Shown: positions 38,988 through 49,081 of the stretch, piece after piece
How positions within the stretch are numbered: position 1 is the stretch's first letter
Layout: each line of letters starts with the position of its first letter
NCBI GenBank assembly: GCA_965198115.1
Contig: OZ240241.1
Coordinates: forward strand, 6,528,001 to 6,592,000
From: Candidatus Latescibacterota bacterium
GTDB taxonomy: Bacteria > Latescibacterota > UBA2968
Direction of reading: 5' to 3'
DNA length: 64,000 nucleotides
Made by a program: the position numbers and the translations under genes
Notes under the pieces: generated by a model
What the model saw: only the letters and a program-made list of their open reading frames with translations
Databases searched by the model: none
What the model was told of the DNA's origin: nothing

Positions 38988-40364
38988 ATGGAAGAGGTGA
39001 CGCTCAAGGTTGCGGCAGAGGCGATGGAAGGAGAACTGGTTGCCGATGATCCCGATGCTCCAGTGGCAGGCGGGGCGATCGACAGCCGCGAAGTCGAACC
39101 GGGTGATCTGTTCTTTGCCCTTGGTGGGGACCAGACAGACGGTCATCGTTTTGTCGACCCGGCTCTGAATGCCGGTGCGAGCGCGGCCGTCGTGTCACGC
39201 GGCTGGTTCGATTCGGAAGAGCCAGCGAGGAGAGCGCTGATCGTGGTTGACGCGCCAGATCTGGCGATGGGCGATCTGGCTCGATTCTATCGCGGGCGAT
39301 TCGACCTTCCCGTCGTCGCGATCACGGGAAGTAACGGCAAGACAACGACGAAGGATATGGCGGCGGCGGTTCTGTCGACGCGGTATGAAGTTCTGGCGAC
39401 CGAAGGCAATCTGAACACGCGGTTGGGTGTTCCGATGACGTTGTTCAGGCTGACAGCCTCTCACGAGGTCGCCGTGATCGAGATGGGGATCAGCGAGCAC
39501 GACGGGTTGACCTATCTATGCGAGATCGCTGATCCGACGATCGGCGTGATTACGAACATCGGTCCGACACACTTGGAGTTTTTAGGCTCTGTAGAGGGAG
39601 TGGCGCAGGCCAAAGGGGAACTCCTGGAGTATCTGGACGAGTCTTCAATGGCAATTCTAAATTTCGATGACCTGTACTTGCCCAAGGAGAGAGCAAAGGG
39701 GAGACTCCTTGGCTTTGGCATTGATGAGACTTGTCAGTTTCGTGGGGAGGGACTCGTCCTAGACCAGGAGGGCTGCGTTTGCTTCTCTCTACAGGGCCGT
39801 AATTTTTCGCTGTCGCTACCCGGACGGCACAATGTCTACAATGCACTGGCTGCGACGGCCGTGGGCGCGGCGCTCGAGGTTCCGCTCGATGCTGCCGCTG
39901 CTGCGCTGAAGACGTTCGTGCCGACGAGACTCCGGAGCCAGCTGACGCGACACGACGATATCCGGCTGCTGAACGATAGCTACAATGCCAATCCGGCTTC
40001 GATGCGCGCAGCGTTGACGACACTGGCAGAGCTCGAGCCGGAACAAGGGGGACGCCGGGTTGCCGTGCTCGGGGATATGCTCGAGCTGGGCGAGACGGAG
40101 ATCGGAGCGCACCAGGATCTGGGTCGAGACGCCGCCGTAGCGGGCGTGGACGTGATGTATGCCTTCGGCTCGCTGGCGGAGACGGTGGCGGCCGCCGCGG
40201 TCGAAGCCGGGATGGCTGCGGATCGGGTTGTGGCATTCGAAGACAAGGGGCAGCTGGTTGATTCCCTGAGATCCTTGCTGAAGCCAGGAGACGTCGTATT
40301 GGTCAAAGGTTCAAGAGGCGTTGCTCTTGAGGAAGTTGTTGAAATTTTAGGATTTATGTCCTAA
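38988..40364 (+). CDS. murF: UDP-MurNAc-tripeptide:D-Ala-D-Ala ligase
   Basis: ITGSNGKTTTK, DSYNANPASM, GDMLELG, VKGSR. Confidence 0.97.
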   Translation: MEEVTLKVAAEAMEGELVADDPDAPVAGGAIDSREVEPGDLFFALGGDQTDGHRFVDPALNAGASAAVVSRGWFDSEEPARRALIVVDAPDLAMGDLARFYRGRFDLPVVAITGSNGKTTTKDMAAAVLSTRYEVLATEGNLNTRLGVPMTLFRLTASHEVAVIEMGISEHDGLTYLCEIADPTIGVITNIGPTHLEFLGSVEGVAQAKGELLEYLDESSMAILNFDDLYLPKERAKGRLLGFGIDETCQFRGEGLVLDQEGCVCFSLQGRNFSLSLPGRHNVYNALAATAVGAALEVPLDAAAAALKTFVPTRLRSQLTRHDDIRLLNDSYNANPASMRAALTTLAELEPEQGGRRVAVLGDMLELGETEIGAHQDLGRDAAVAGVDVMYAFGSLAETVAAAAVEAGMAADRVVAFEDKGQLVDSLRSLLKPGDVVLVKGSRGVALEEVVEILGFMS

Positions 40365-40368
40365 AATC

Positions 40369-40465
40369 CCGAACACCGAACACCGAACACCGAACACCGA
40401 ACACCGAACACCGAACACCGAACACCGAACACCGAACACCGAACACCGAACACCGAACACCGAAC
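40369..40465 (+). repeat. Perfect heptamer microsatellite (CCGAACA)x13 plus CCGAAC
   Basis: Counted directly; starts 4 nt after the murF stop. Confidence 0.97.
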
Positions 40466-40513
40466 CATTGCGCTGTCGTCGGCCCCCACCGGTGACACGC
40501 TGACTGCCAGACC

Positions 40514-41794
40514 GTGACCTGGGTTTGGCTTCCCCCACCCTCCAATCCCCCCCACGCTTTCTCCCCCACCCCCTTTGATATTACGGATGTCGTGTTGCTG
40601 GTCGGGACGGATAAACCGCGTACGCACCTCCAGCTGCAGCTGCTGATCTTTGCCCTCGTCGGTCTGGGCACGGTGATGATTTACAGTGCGAGTTCAGGAC
40701 TGGCGCATTTACGGTTCGAGAACGGGCACTTTTTCATCCAGCGGTGGACGATACGTGCGATGATCGGTCTGGCAGCGATGCTTTTGGCCACGCAGCTGGA
40801 TTATCGCCTCCTCAAACGCGTGTCCAAGCCATTGCTGCTGCTCGGTTTTCTGGGTCTGCTGACCGTGCTCACCCTCAAGCTACTGGACGTGGGCAAGGTT
40901 CGAGGGGCCTACCGCTGGATTCCGTTTCCGGGCGGAGCCTTCCAACCGGCCGATCTGATGCGACTCGCTCTCGTGATTTTCCTGGCGGATTCTTTGAGCC
41001 GACATAAAGGTCTCTTATGCGACTTCAGGCACGGCTACGTGCCACACGCCCTGATCGTGAGTCTGGCGATGGGGATGATCCTGTTTCAGCCCGATCTGGG
41101 CACGGCCCTTGCGATCGGGCTGACGTGTGCGTTGACGATGTATGTTGCGGGTGTGCGCACGGTTCATCTAATCGGTTCCGCCGTGGCTGCACTACCCGTG
41201 ATCTACCTCGTCGTTTTCGTCGTCGGGTATCGTCGAGAGCGGGTGATGACTTTTCTCAACCCGACGGGTGATGTGCAGGGTGACGGTTACCAGATTTCAC
41301 AATCGCTGCTGGCGTTAGGGAGCGGAGGGCTGGCGGGACTGGGTCTCGGGCAGAGCCAGCAGAAGTATTTCTTTCTGCCTGAACCTCATACGGACTTCGT
41401 GTTCAGTATTCTGGGCGAGGAACTCGGTCTCATCGGAACGATCGGGCTTCTCGCCTGCTTTGTTCTGTTCGGATTCCTTGGCTTCAGGATCGCCCGTCTT
41501 GCGCCCGATTTCCACGGGTTCCTGCTCGCTTCGGGTATTACGTCGATGGTGATGGTCTATGCGTTCGTAAACATGGGTGTTGCGATCGGTCTGTTACCGA
41601 CGACCGGATTGCCGCTCCCTTTCATCAGCTACGGAGGCTCGTCTCTGCTGCTGACTCTGATCGCGGGTGGCATCCTGATCAACATTGGAAAACAGGCCAC
41701 GCTGAGGCCCGGGGTCTTTCAGCGAAACGAGGTGGACTGGCAGCGGCAGCCGCGTTCACGGATTCGGCGGCCCGCACTGGGTACAACAGTTTGA
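40514..41794 (+). CDS. ftsW: Peptidoglycan glycosyltransferase FtsW
   Basis: VMIYSAS, GAYRWI, QPDLGT, LPEPHTDF, PTTGLPLPFISYGGSS; real start probably near 40590. Confidence 0.95.
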   Translation: MTWVWLPPPSNPPHAFSPTPFDITDVVLLVGTDKPRTHLQLQLLIFALVGLGTVMIYSASSGLAHLRFENGHFFIQRWTIRAMIGLAAMLLATQLDYRLLKRVSKPLLLLGFLGLLTVLTLKLLDVGKVRGAYRWIPFPGGAFQPADLMRLALVIFLADSLSRHKGLLCDFRHGYVPHALIVSLAMGMILFQPDLGTALAIGLTCALTMYVAGVRTVHLIGSAVAALPVIYLVVFVVGYRRERVMTFLNPTGDVQGDGYQISQSLLALGSGGLAGLGLGQSQQKYFFLPEPHTDFVFSILGEELGLIGTIGLLACFVLFGFLGFRIARLAPDFHGFLLASGITSMVMVYAFVNMGVAIGLLPTTGLPLPFISYGGSSLLLTLIAGGILINIGKQATLRPGVFQRNEVDWQRQPRSRIRRPALGTTV

Positions 41795-41902
41795 TGAAAA
41801 ACCAGAAGCAGCCACTGAGGACACCGGAGGTACCCACGACAGGATCGGGTAGTTGCGCTTCCGGGCAGCAGGGGTCTGGGGCCTGTTGAGGGAGCGATCG
41901 GA

Positions 41903-43024
41903 ATGGGCGAGCGAGGACCTCGGCTGTTGATGGCGGGTGGCGGGTCCGGCGGCCACGCGATTCCGGCGCTCGCGATCGCCGAAGCGTTCAGGGTGCGTTA
42001 CCCCGAGAGCGATGTGCTTTTCGTCGGAACGCCGGGTGGTATCGAAACCCGGGTGATACCGACCGCGGGGTTCGCACTTCATACGATTTCCGTCATCGGG
42101 CTGAAGCGAGCCTTGCACCCGGATCTAATTCGGTTTCCGTTCGTTCTGCTTCGTGGCTCGATCGAAGCGATCCGGGCGGTTCACCGGTTCAAACCGGATC
42201 TCGTGGCGTGCACTGGAGGATTCGTGAGCGGGCCTGTCGGTCTGGCCGCCCGGATCTGCCGGCGACCCCTGATGCTACACGAAGCGAACCTGTTTCCCGG
42301 TCTTACGGTGAGACTCCTCTCGCGCATCGCTGACGCGGTGCTGTTCGGTCTAAACGGAGCGGAGCGAAAGACGGGAGGTCGTCTCAAGCGATTCGTGGGC
42401 AATCCGGTTCGAAGTGGTGTCGCGGATATCAGCCCGGCCGACGCGAGAATTCGGTTTGGGATGGAACCCGATCGTCGGACGCTGGTCGTGATCGGCGGAA
42501 GCCAGGGGGCACGCTCGATCAACCTGGCCGTCGAGACCGCGATGTCGGATCTGGTTTCTGCGGGCTGGCAGGTGTTGTGGCAGACGGGCAGCCTGGATCG
42601 GGAGCGTGCCGAGCAGGTTTCGTCTTCGATCGATCACGCGCACGCCATCGAGTTTATCGACGACATGCCCGCGGCCTACCGGTCGGCCGATCTGGCGCTG
42701 ACGCGATCGGGGGCCATGACACTGACCGAGCTTCGTCTGAATGCGCTGCCTACGATTCTAGTGCCTTTGGCCACAGCGGCCGAGAACCACCAGGAGGTCA
42801 ACGCGCGGGCGATGGAGAGAGAGGGTTGGGCGCGAATGATCCTGCAACGAGAGCTGGATGGCCCACGGCTGTTTGAAACCGTAGAGTCCCTGACGCGTGA
42901 TTCGGGGCGGCTGAGGCAGATGGGTGAAGTCAGCGGATCCTCCGTCGTCACGGATGCGGCAGAGCACATTGTGGATCTGATGGAAGAGATGTTGGATCGC
43001 CGGGCTTTGAAAGAGACTGAATGA
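41903..43024 (+). CDS. murG: Lipid II GlcNAc transferase
   Basis: GGGSGGH, GNPVR, GGSQGA, RSGA, HQEVNA. Confidence 0.95.
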   Translation: MGERGPRLLMAGGGSGGHAIPALAIAEAFRVRYPESDVLFVGTPGGIETRVIPTAGFALHTISVIGLKRALHPDLIRFPFVLLRGSIEAIRAVHRFKPDLVACTGGFVSGPVGLAARICRRPLMLHEANLFPGLTVRLLSRIADAVLFGLNGAERKTGGRLKRFVGNPVRSGVADISPADARIRFGMEPDRRTLVVIGGSQGARSINLAVETAMSDLVSAGWQVLWQTGSLDRERAEQVSSSIDHAHAIEFIDDMPAAYRSADLALTRSGAMTLTELRLNALPTILVPLATAAENHQEVNARAMEREGWARMILQRELDGPRLFETVESLTRDSGRLRQMGEVSGSSVVTDAAEHIVDLMEEMLDRRALKETE

Positions 43025-43027
43025 CCG

Positions 43028-44473
43028 ATGACTCCTTTGCCGACGACACTGGGTTCGACAGCCCACCTGATTGACATCATCGACATCGAGGACGGTGTGA
43101 CGGGTGTTTTAGAGACAGCGCGACACTTTCACTTCATCGGTATCGGGGGTGTCGGCATGAGTGCCCTGGCCGAGCTGCTGCACCACCGGGGTTATGTCGT
43201 CACGGGCAGCGACCGTGAGGCCTCGGACCTGACGCGGCGAGCCGAGCAGCTGGGGATGAACGTTCGCATCGGGCACGCGGCGGAGGCGGTTGGTGGCGCC
43301 GACGTCGTGATTTTCACTTCGGCGGTGGATGAAGGGAATGCCGAGATCGTGGAAGCGCGTCTCCGTGGCCTGCCGGTCGTTAGGCGCGCGGATTTGTTGG
43401 GCGAGGTTACGCTTGGCCGGCAGCTGGTCGCAGTTTCGGGAACGCACGGGAAGACGACCACGACGGCAATGGTGGTTTCGATCTGCGAAGCTGCGGGGTT
43501 GGATCCGACGGCGTTTGTCGGCGGGACCCTCGCGGGTCGTGGACGGAACCTCGTGCTAGGTAGCGACACGGTCTGGATCACCGAGGCGGACGAGTATGAT
43601 CGGGCTTTTTTGTCGCTGTCGCCGACGGTGGCTGTGGTGACGTCGCTCGAGGCGGACCATCTGGATTGCTACGAAGATCTGGACGACATCGTAGCGACGT
43701 TCGATGTATTCCTCGAACGGCTTCCAGAGCACGGTACGGCCGTTCTGTGCCAGGATACACCGGCTGCTCGTCGTCTATCGACACCGGCCCCGACGACGGT
43801 CGTAACCTACGGATTCGAGTCCGGTGACCTGCGCGCCACGAATGCGTCGCTGGAGGGTCGAGGGAGCCGGTTCGAGGTGTTGGCCGACGGTGTGCGTCTA
43901 GGATCGATTTCGCTGCGCGTGCCGGGTCGCCACAACGTGTCCAACGCTCTGGGGGCGGTGGGCACCGCCCTGGTGTTGGACATCGAGTTCGCGGCCATCG
44001 CCAATGGTCTGGAGGCGTTCCCCGGCGTGGACCGTCGATTCGAAGTGTTGGTGGAGAGCGACGACGCGACGGTGATCAGCGACTACGCCCACCATCCGAC
44101 GGAAGTGGCGTTTAGTCTGGAGGCCGCCCGGGCGATGTCGGCCGGGGGCCGGCTCGTGGCCGTCTTTCAGCCACATCTCTACTCACGAACACGGGACTTT
44201 TTGGACGCGTTCGGCCAGGTTCTTTCAGAGGCCGATTATGTCTGGCTGACGGACATCTACCCTGCTCGGGAGGAGCCGATTTCGGGGATCACAGGCGCTT
44301 CCGTCGCCGACCGTGTGACGGCTCCCGTTACCTACGAGCCGTCGATGGCCGCGCTCCCGAAAGCGATTTACGACGCGTCGGAGCCGGGTGATGTCATTGT
44401 CGTGATGGGAGCGGGGGATATTGTGTCAGCGGCCGGAACGCTCGCCGGCCTGTTCGGTGCGACGATCCGGTGA
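43028..44473 (+). CDS. murC: UDP-MurNAc-L-Ala ligase
   Basis: HFIGIGGVGMS, GTHGKTTT, EADE, DYAHHPTE, FQPHLYSRT. Confidence 0.97.
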   Translation: MTPLPTTLGSTAHLIDIIDIEDGVTGVLETARHFHFIGIGGVGMSALAELLHHRGYVVTGSDREASDLTRRAEQLGMNVRIGHAAEAVGGADVVIFTSAVDEGNAEIVEARLRGLPVVRRADLLGEVTLGRQLVAVSGTHGKTTTTAMVVSICEAAGLDPTAFVGGTLAGRGRNLVLGSDTVWITEADEYDRAFLSLSPTVAVVTSLEADHLDCYEDLDDIVATFDVFLERLPEHGTAVLCQDTPAARRLSTPAPTTVVTYGFESGDLRATNASLEGRGSRFEVLADGVRLGSISLRVPGRHNVSNALGAVGTALVLDIEFAAIANGLEAFPGVDRRFEVLVESDDATVISDYAHHPTEVAFSLEAARAMSAGGRLVAVFQPHLYSRTRDFLDAFGQVLSEADYVWLTDIYPAREEPISGITGASVADRVTAPVTYEPSMAALPKAIYDASEPGDVIVVMGAGDIVSAAGTLAGLFGATIR

Positions 44474-45417
44474 GCAAGTCGTCGAAAGCGGCGGCAGAAG
44501 GGCTCGCCGAGACCTTGCAGTCGATGACGCGTGGGCGCTTGCTGACGGACGAACCTCTGTCGCAGCACACGACATACGGCGTTGGGGGGCCAGCGGATCT
44601 TTTTTTTCTGCCCGCCGATCCCGAGGATCTGATGTCCGTCTTGTCGACGATCCGCGATGCAGAAGTCCCCGTGCTTCCGGTCGGCGGAGGAACGAACACG
44701 CTCGTGAAGGATGCGGGCTACCGAGGCCTGGTAATCTGTCTGGCCGATGGGATGGCTGCTGTGACGATGGATGGAGAAGGCGGCCGCGTCGAAGCGGGCG
44801 CGAGTACCCAGGTCTTCTCCAGACGGTGTCAGCGGGCGGGACGATCCGGTTTTGAATTCGGCTGTGGGATTCCGGGGACGGTTGGCGGTGCAGTCCGTGG
44901 GAACGCGGGCGCCTGGGGTGGCGAGACGTTCGAACACCTTGTGTGGGTGCGCGGTGTCGACCTGGCCACGGGGATGGAAATGACCTTTCGGAAAGCTGAG
45001 ATCTCGTACGGCTACCGACGGGTCGACCTGCCCAAACAGTTTCTGTTCTTGGAAGCGGCGTTCGCACTGGGAGAAGACGATCCGGACACGATCCTCGGCC
45101 GAATGGATCAGATGCTCGATGAACGGAAAGCAAGCCAGCCTTTGTGGATGAGGAACGCGGGATGTGTTTTCAAGAATCCCGATGGGCCCTCACCGGCCGG
45201 CATGCTGATCGACCGCAGCGGATGCAAGGGGATGTCGGTAGGTAATGTGTCGGTGTCCGACGTCCACGCGAATTTTCTCGTGACCAAGGGGGGTATCACC
45301 GCCGCGGACGTGCTGAATCTGATCGAGAGAGTTCGGGACAGTGTTTACCAATCGGAGGGAATCGAACTTGAGACGGAAGTTCGGATCGTCGGGGAGTATG
45401 GCATTGAGAATGTATAA
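44470..45417 (+). CDS. murB: UDP-N-acetylenolpyruvoylglucosamine reductase
   Basis: HTTYGVGGPA, GIPGTVGGA..NAGA, AGCVFKNP, HANF, LETEV. Confidence 0.96.
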   Translation: MSKSSKAAAEGLAETLQSMTRGRLLTDEPLSQHTTYGVGGPADLFFLPADPEDLMSVLSTIRDAEVPVLPVGGGTNTLVKDAGYRGLVICLADGMAAVTMDGEGGRVEAGASTQVFSRRCQRAGRSGFEFGCGIPGTVGGAVRGNAGAWGGETFEHLVWVRGVDLATGMEMTFRKAEISYGYRRVDLPKQFLFLEAAFALGEDDPDTILGRMDQMLDERKASQPLWMRNAGCVFKNPDGPSPAGMLIDRSGCKGMSVGNVSVSDVHANFLVTKGGITAADVLNLIERVRDSVYQSEGIELETEVRIVGEYGIENV

Positions 45418-46291
45418 CGGTCGGGCGCTCGGCTCACAGAAGCGAAGCCGCTGGCGTCGTCGCACGAAGCCGACGTTTACGATCGCACGGCTGGACGGAG
45501 TCGCGTTGCCCAAACCGAAGGCGAGGCGTGTCGTCGGTTGGGCGATGGTCGTCGGGCTCGTGGCTGCGCTGAGCACGGGTATTCCTGATGCCTATTCGGG
45601 CCTTCAAGGAAGCGACCTGTTTACCGTGCGCAAGATCTCAGTCGTGGGCCATCAGCTGATGACGGCGGAAGAGATCGTCGACCGCGCCGGGCTCGAGGTC
45701 GGAAGCAATCTCTTTCAGACGGATCTCACGACAGCGACGGACTCGTTGAGGGCACACCCGCTCGTCCGCAGGGTGTTGCTCCTTCGCCGTCCACCTGCCG
45801 ATCTCCTGATCTCGGTCGAAGAGCGGTCGCCCATCTCGCTCATCACAACGATGGACGGTCTGATCGGTTTGGATCGCGACGCGCGATGTTTCCCTCTGCC
45901 GACTGTGCCGTTCGACCTGCCGGTGGTGACGTCTTTCGCGGCGGCAACGGCTGATTCGGTGGAAGCCGAGGACAGCGCAGCCGCCCACCGGCTGGTCGCG
46001 TTCCTCCTCGAGATTCGGGACAAATATCCGAGTGTCTGGTCTACCCTTTCGGAGGTGAATGTTCTGTCTCCGACGGAAGCACGGATTCACCTGATCGATG
46101 GAACACCAGAGCTGCTCGTGCGGTACGACCGATCGGGAGCGCAAATCGAGAATCTCAAAGCATTCGTGGCGAGCAGTCCCAATCTGAGTACGCTCGCCTA
46201 CATCGACCTCCGGTACGAGAATCAGGTTGTCGCCGGCAGGATCGGGGTGGACGCGTCGGATGTTTCGACCGCTCCTCTTCCGGCATTCTGA
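45398..46291 (+). CDS. ftsQ: Cell division protein FtsQ/DivIB
   Basis: TM, POTRA-like region, ISVEERSP, YIDLRY. Confidence 0.9.
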   Translation: MALRMYNGRALGSQKRSRWRRRTKPTFTIARLDGVALPKPKARRVVGWAMVVGLVAALSTGIPDAYSGLQGSDLFTVRKISVVGHQLMTAEEIVDRAGLEVGSNLFQTDLTTATDSLRAHPLVRRVLLLRRPPADLLISVEERSPISLITTMDGLIGLDRDARCFPLPTVPFDLPVVTSFAAATADSVEAEDSAAAHRLVAFLLEIRDKYPSVWSTLSEVNVLSPTEARIHLIDGTPELLVRYDRSGAQIENLKAFVASSPNLSTLAYIDLRYENQVVAGRIGVDASDVSTAPLPAF

Positions 46292-46304
46292 AAGGAACGG
46301 ACTT

Positions 46305-47537
46305 ATGGTCAAGGGCGATCGAATCGTAGGGCTGGACATCGGCACGACCAAGATCTGTGCGATCGTAGCGGAGGTCGAAGAGGAAGGGCTGAAGATCACG
46401 GGTGTCGGGAGTGCTCCTTCTGACGGTCTCAAACGGGGCGTCGTCGTTAACGTCGACAAGACGGTGCGATCGATCCAGCAGGCGATCGACAAGGCAGAGC
46501 GTATGTCGGACACGCGCATTACGGCAGTTTATGCGGGAATCGCCGGGGACCACATTCGCAGCTTCAACAGCCGTGGGGTAATCGCCGTATCGGGACCTGA
46601 GAGCGAAATCACGCATCACGATGAAAATCGAGTCATCGAGGCGGCCAAAGCGATCTCGATCCCGATCGATCGCGAGATCGTCCACGTGTTGCCGCAGGAC
46701 TATTCCGTCGATGATCAACCAGGTATCAAGGACCCGATCGGGATGTCGGGCGTGAGGTTGGAAGCCGATGTGCACATCGTGACCGGCGCCGTGACGTCTG
46801 CCCAGAACATCTGCAAGAGCATCCGACGTGCCGGTGTCGAAGTCGTGGATCTGGTGCTCGAGCCGATCGCGTCGAGTCATTCGGTGCTGACTGCCGACGA
46901 GCTGGAGATGGGCGTGGTGCTCGTGGACATCGGCGGCGGCACGAGCGATATCGCCGTGTTCTACGACGGCAGCATCCGGCACACGGCGGTCGTCGGACTG
47001 GGTGGTGAGAATGTGACCCGCGACGTGGCCGTCGGTCTGCGCACGCCGTTCAAGCAGGCGGAGGAGATCAAGCGTTCGTATGGCTGTGCGATGACCTCGC
47101 TCGTGAGTAAGGAAGAGGTCATCGAGGTTCCCGGCGTCGCCGGCCGTCCTCCAGACCGTGTCGAGCGCGCGGAACTTGCGTCGATCATCGAAGCACGGAT
47201 GGAAGAGATCTTCGTGCTCGTGAACAGTGAGATTCGGAGAACCGACTACCTCGACCTACTCGCGGCTGGCGTGGTCGTGACGGGCGGTGGGGCGATGGTG
47301 GAGGACTGTGTGGAGCTCGCAGAGGAAGTCTTCGGCATGCCGGCGCGTCTGGGAACACCGCGCGGCGTGACGGGGCTCGTGGATGCGGTGACACAGCCGA
47401 TTTACGCGACGGGTGTCGGTCTGGTGCAATTCGGTCTGGAACACCAACACCGAGAGGGGCAGTTCGCGAGCGCGAACGGCGATATGTTCAATTCCATCCT
47501 CGGCCGAATGAAGGGATGGGTGAAGGACTTCTTCTAA
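46305..47537 (+). CDS. ftsA: Cell division protein FtsA
   Basis: GLDIGTTKI, PIGMSGVRLE, VDIGGGT, VTGGG, YATGVGL. Confidence 0.97.
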   Translation: MVKGDRIVGLDIGTTKICAIVAEVEEEGLKITGVGSAPSDGLKRGVVVNVDKTVRSIQQAIDKAERMSDTRITAVYAGIAGDHIRSFNSRGVIAVSGPESEITHHDENRVIEAAKAISIPIDREIVHVLPQDYSVDDQPGIKDPIGMSGVRLEADVHIVTGAVTSAQNICKSIRRAGVEVVDLVLEPIASSHSVLTADELEMGVVLVDIGGGTSDIAVFYDGSIRHTAVVGLGGENVTRDVAVGLRTPFKQAEEIKRSYGCAMTSLVSKEEVIEVPGVAGRPPDRVERAELASIIEARMEEIFVLVNSEIRRTDYLDLLAAGVVVTGGGAMVEDCVELAEEVFGMPARLGTPRGVTGLVDAVTQPIYATGVGLVQFGLEHQHREGQFASANGDMFNSILGRMKGWVKDFF

Positions 47538-47592
47538 TTGTGAAATTGTGGAATTAGGAAATTAGGAAATTTCACAGTTGAATTTCCTAATA
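47535..47592 (+). repeat. Octamer repeat (GAAATTAG family) with an inverted copy, starting at the ftsA stop
   Basis: TAATTGTG AAATTGTG GAATTAGG AAATTAGG AAATTTC..AATTTCCTAAT; family also at about 25420 and 57919. Confidence 0.75.
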
Positions 47593-47645
47593 GGTTTTCG
47601 GCCTTCCCCGAGGCCTTGTGACTTGCTCCCTTTTTTATCGCGGAG

Positions 47646-48875
47646 GTGAACACAGTGGTCACGTTTTCGATCGTGGATAGCGAGAATCAGGCGAAAATGC
47701 GTGTGGTCGGGGTTGGGGGGGCCGGCGGCAATGCTGTTAACCGGATGATCAACGCGGGACTCCAGGGTGTAGATTTCATCGCCGCGAACACGGATTCACA
47801 GGTGCTCGAGCTTTCTGAGGCATCGCGACGCATTCAGATCGGTGCGAATGTCACACGCGGTTTGGGTGCGGGTGCCGACCCCGAGGTCGGGCGTCGGGCG
47901 ATCGAGGAGACGCGCGATCAGATGGCGGAGGAGCTTTCGGGATCGGATATGGTGTTCATCACAGCGGGGATGGGGGGCGGCACGGGGACGGGAGCGGCTC
48001 CCGTCGTGGCGGAGATCGCTAGGGATGCGGGCGCTTTGACGGTCGGGATCGTGACGAAGCCGTTCGCGATGGAAGGTTCGACGAAGATGCGAAACGCCGA
48101 AGCGGGCATCGAGGATCTGAAGACGGCCGTGGATACGCTGATCGTGATCCCGAACCAGCGCCTGCTGTCCGTGAGTTCGAAGGAGACGACGCTCAAGGAT
48201 GCGTTCGCGATGGCGGACGAAGTGTTGCATCAGGCCACACGCGGCATTTCGGACCTGATCACGATTCCGGGAGAGGTAAATCTCGATTTCAACGATGTGC
48301 GGACGGTGATGCTTCAGGGTGGAGATGCGCTGATGGGAACGGGTGGTGCCGTTGGCGAGAACCGCGCTGTCGAGTCCGCGCAGAAGGCGCTTCACAGTCC
48401 GTTGCTGGAAGAAGTGAACATCAAGGGTGCCAAGGGAGTGTTGGTGAACATCTCGGCGGGGAGCGATCTCAAATTGTTCGATGTCAACGATGCCGTGACG
48501 GTGATTACGGAAGCCGGTGGTGAGGACGCCCACGTCATTTGGGGCACCGTGCTGGATGATTCGCTGGGCGACGAGTTGCGAGTGACGGTTATCGCGACGG
48601 GTTTCGAGATCGCGTCGAACGGCCGACGCCGCAGCGAGCTTTCGTTTTCCCGCGAAGTTCCGCGTCGGTTGGGATCGGAGATTCCGGCCTACATTCGCCG
48701 GGGCGTTGGCCAACCCGAACCGGTGAAGGTCGCCTCGAATGGGGCGGCAACGGAAGAATCGACGGAGGAGGCTTCGGCCGAGGAGCCGGCTGCCGAAGAT
48801 TCTCTTGAGGAGCTGTCGCTCGATGATCTGGAATATCCGACCTTCCTGAGGAGGAAGATGTCCAGAAAAGCATGA
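47646..48875 (+). CDS. ftsZ: Cell division protein FtsZ
   Basis: [29 protein letters not shown]-terminal LEYPTFLR. Confidence 0.98.
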   Translation: MNTVVTFSIVDSENQAKMRVVGVGGAGGNAVNRMINAGLQGVDFIAANTDSQVLELSEASRRIQIGANVTRGLGAGADPEVGRRAIEETRDQMAEELSGSDMVFITAGMGGGTGTGAAPVVAEIARDAGALTVGIVTKPFAMEGSTKMRNAEAGIEDLKTAVDTLIVIPNQRLLSVSSKETTLKDAFAMADEVLHQATRGISDLITIPGEVNLDFNDVRTVMLQGGDALMGTGGAVGENRAVESAQKALHSPLLEEVNIKGAKGVLVNISAGSDLKLFDVNDAVTVITEAGGEDAHVIWGTVLDDSLGDELRVTVIATGFEIASNGRRRSELSFSREVPRRLGSEIPAYIRRGVGQPEPVKVASNGAATEESTEEASAEEPAAEDSLEELSLDDLEYPTFLRRKMSRKA

Positions 48876-48946
48876 GCGGGTGACGGGAGACCACCCTTCG
48901 CTCTGCGAGCTTCGGCTGGCAGGCGGGGAGAGCGGGAGAAACAGCG

Positions 48947-48988
48947 AAGCCGCGGATCTTGCGTAAGCGAGGCCGCGGCTTTTCCTTT
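48947..48988 (+). terminator. Intrinsic terminator after ftsZ
   Basis: AAGCCGCGG..CCGCGGCTT hairpin followed by TTCCTTT. Confidence 0.6.
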
Positions 48989-49081
48989 GGTGGGAGCGAT
49001 AACCGATCTCCGAGCAAGGAGATCAGATATCAGAAAACCCTCTCATACATCGGATATCTCTGACTGGATCTCGAACATCTA

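Noticed and set aside
40369-40465. CRISPR array, or a protein with SVFGVRC repeats
   Set aside because: The units are contiguous 7-mers with no spacers and no cas genes. The three minus-strand ORFs arise because the heptamer has no stop codon.
45380-45420. Absence of ddl between murB and ftsQ
   Set aside because: murB and ftsQ overlap cleanly with no scar, and ddl lies outside the dcw cluster in many lineages.
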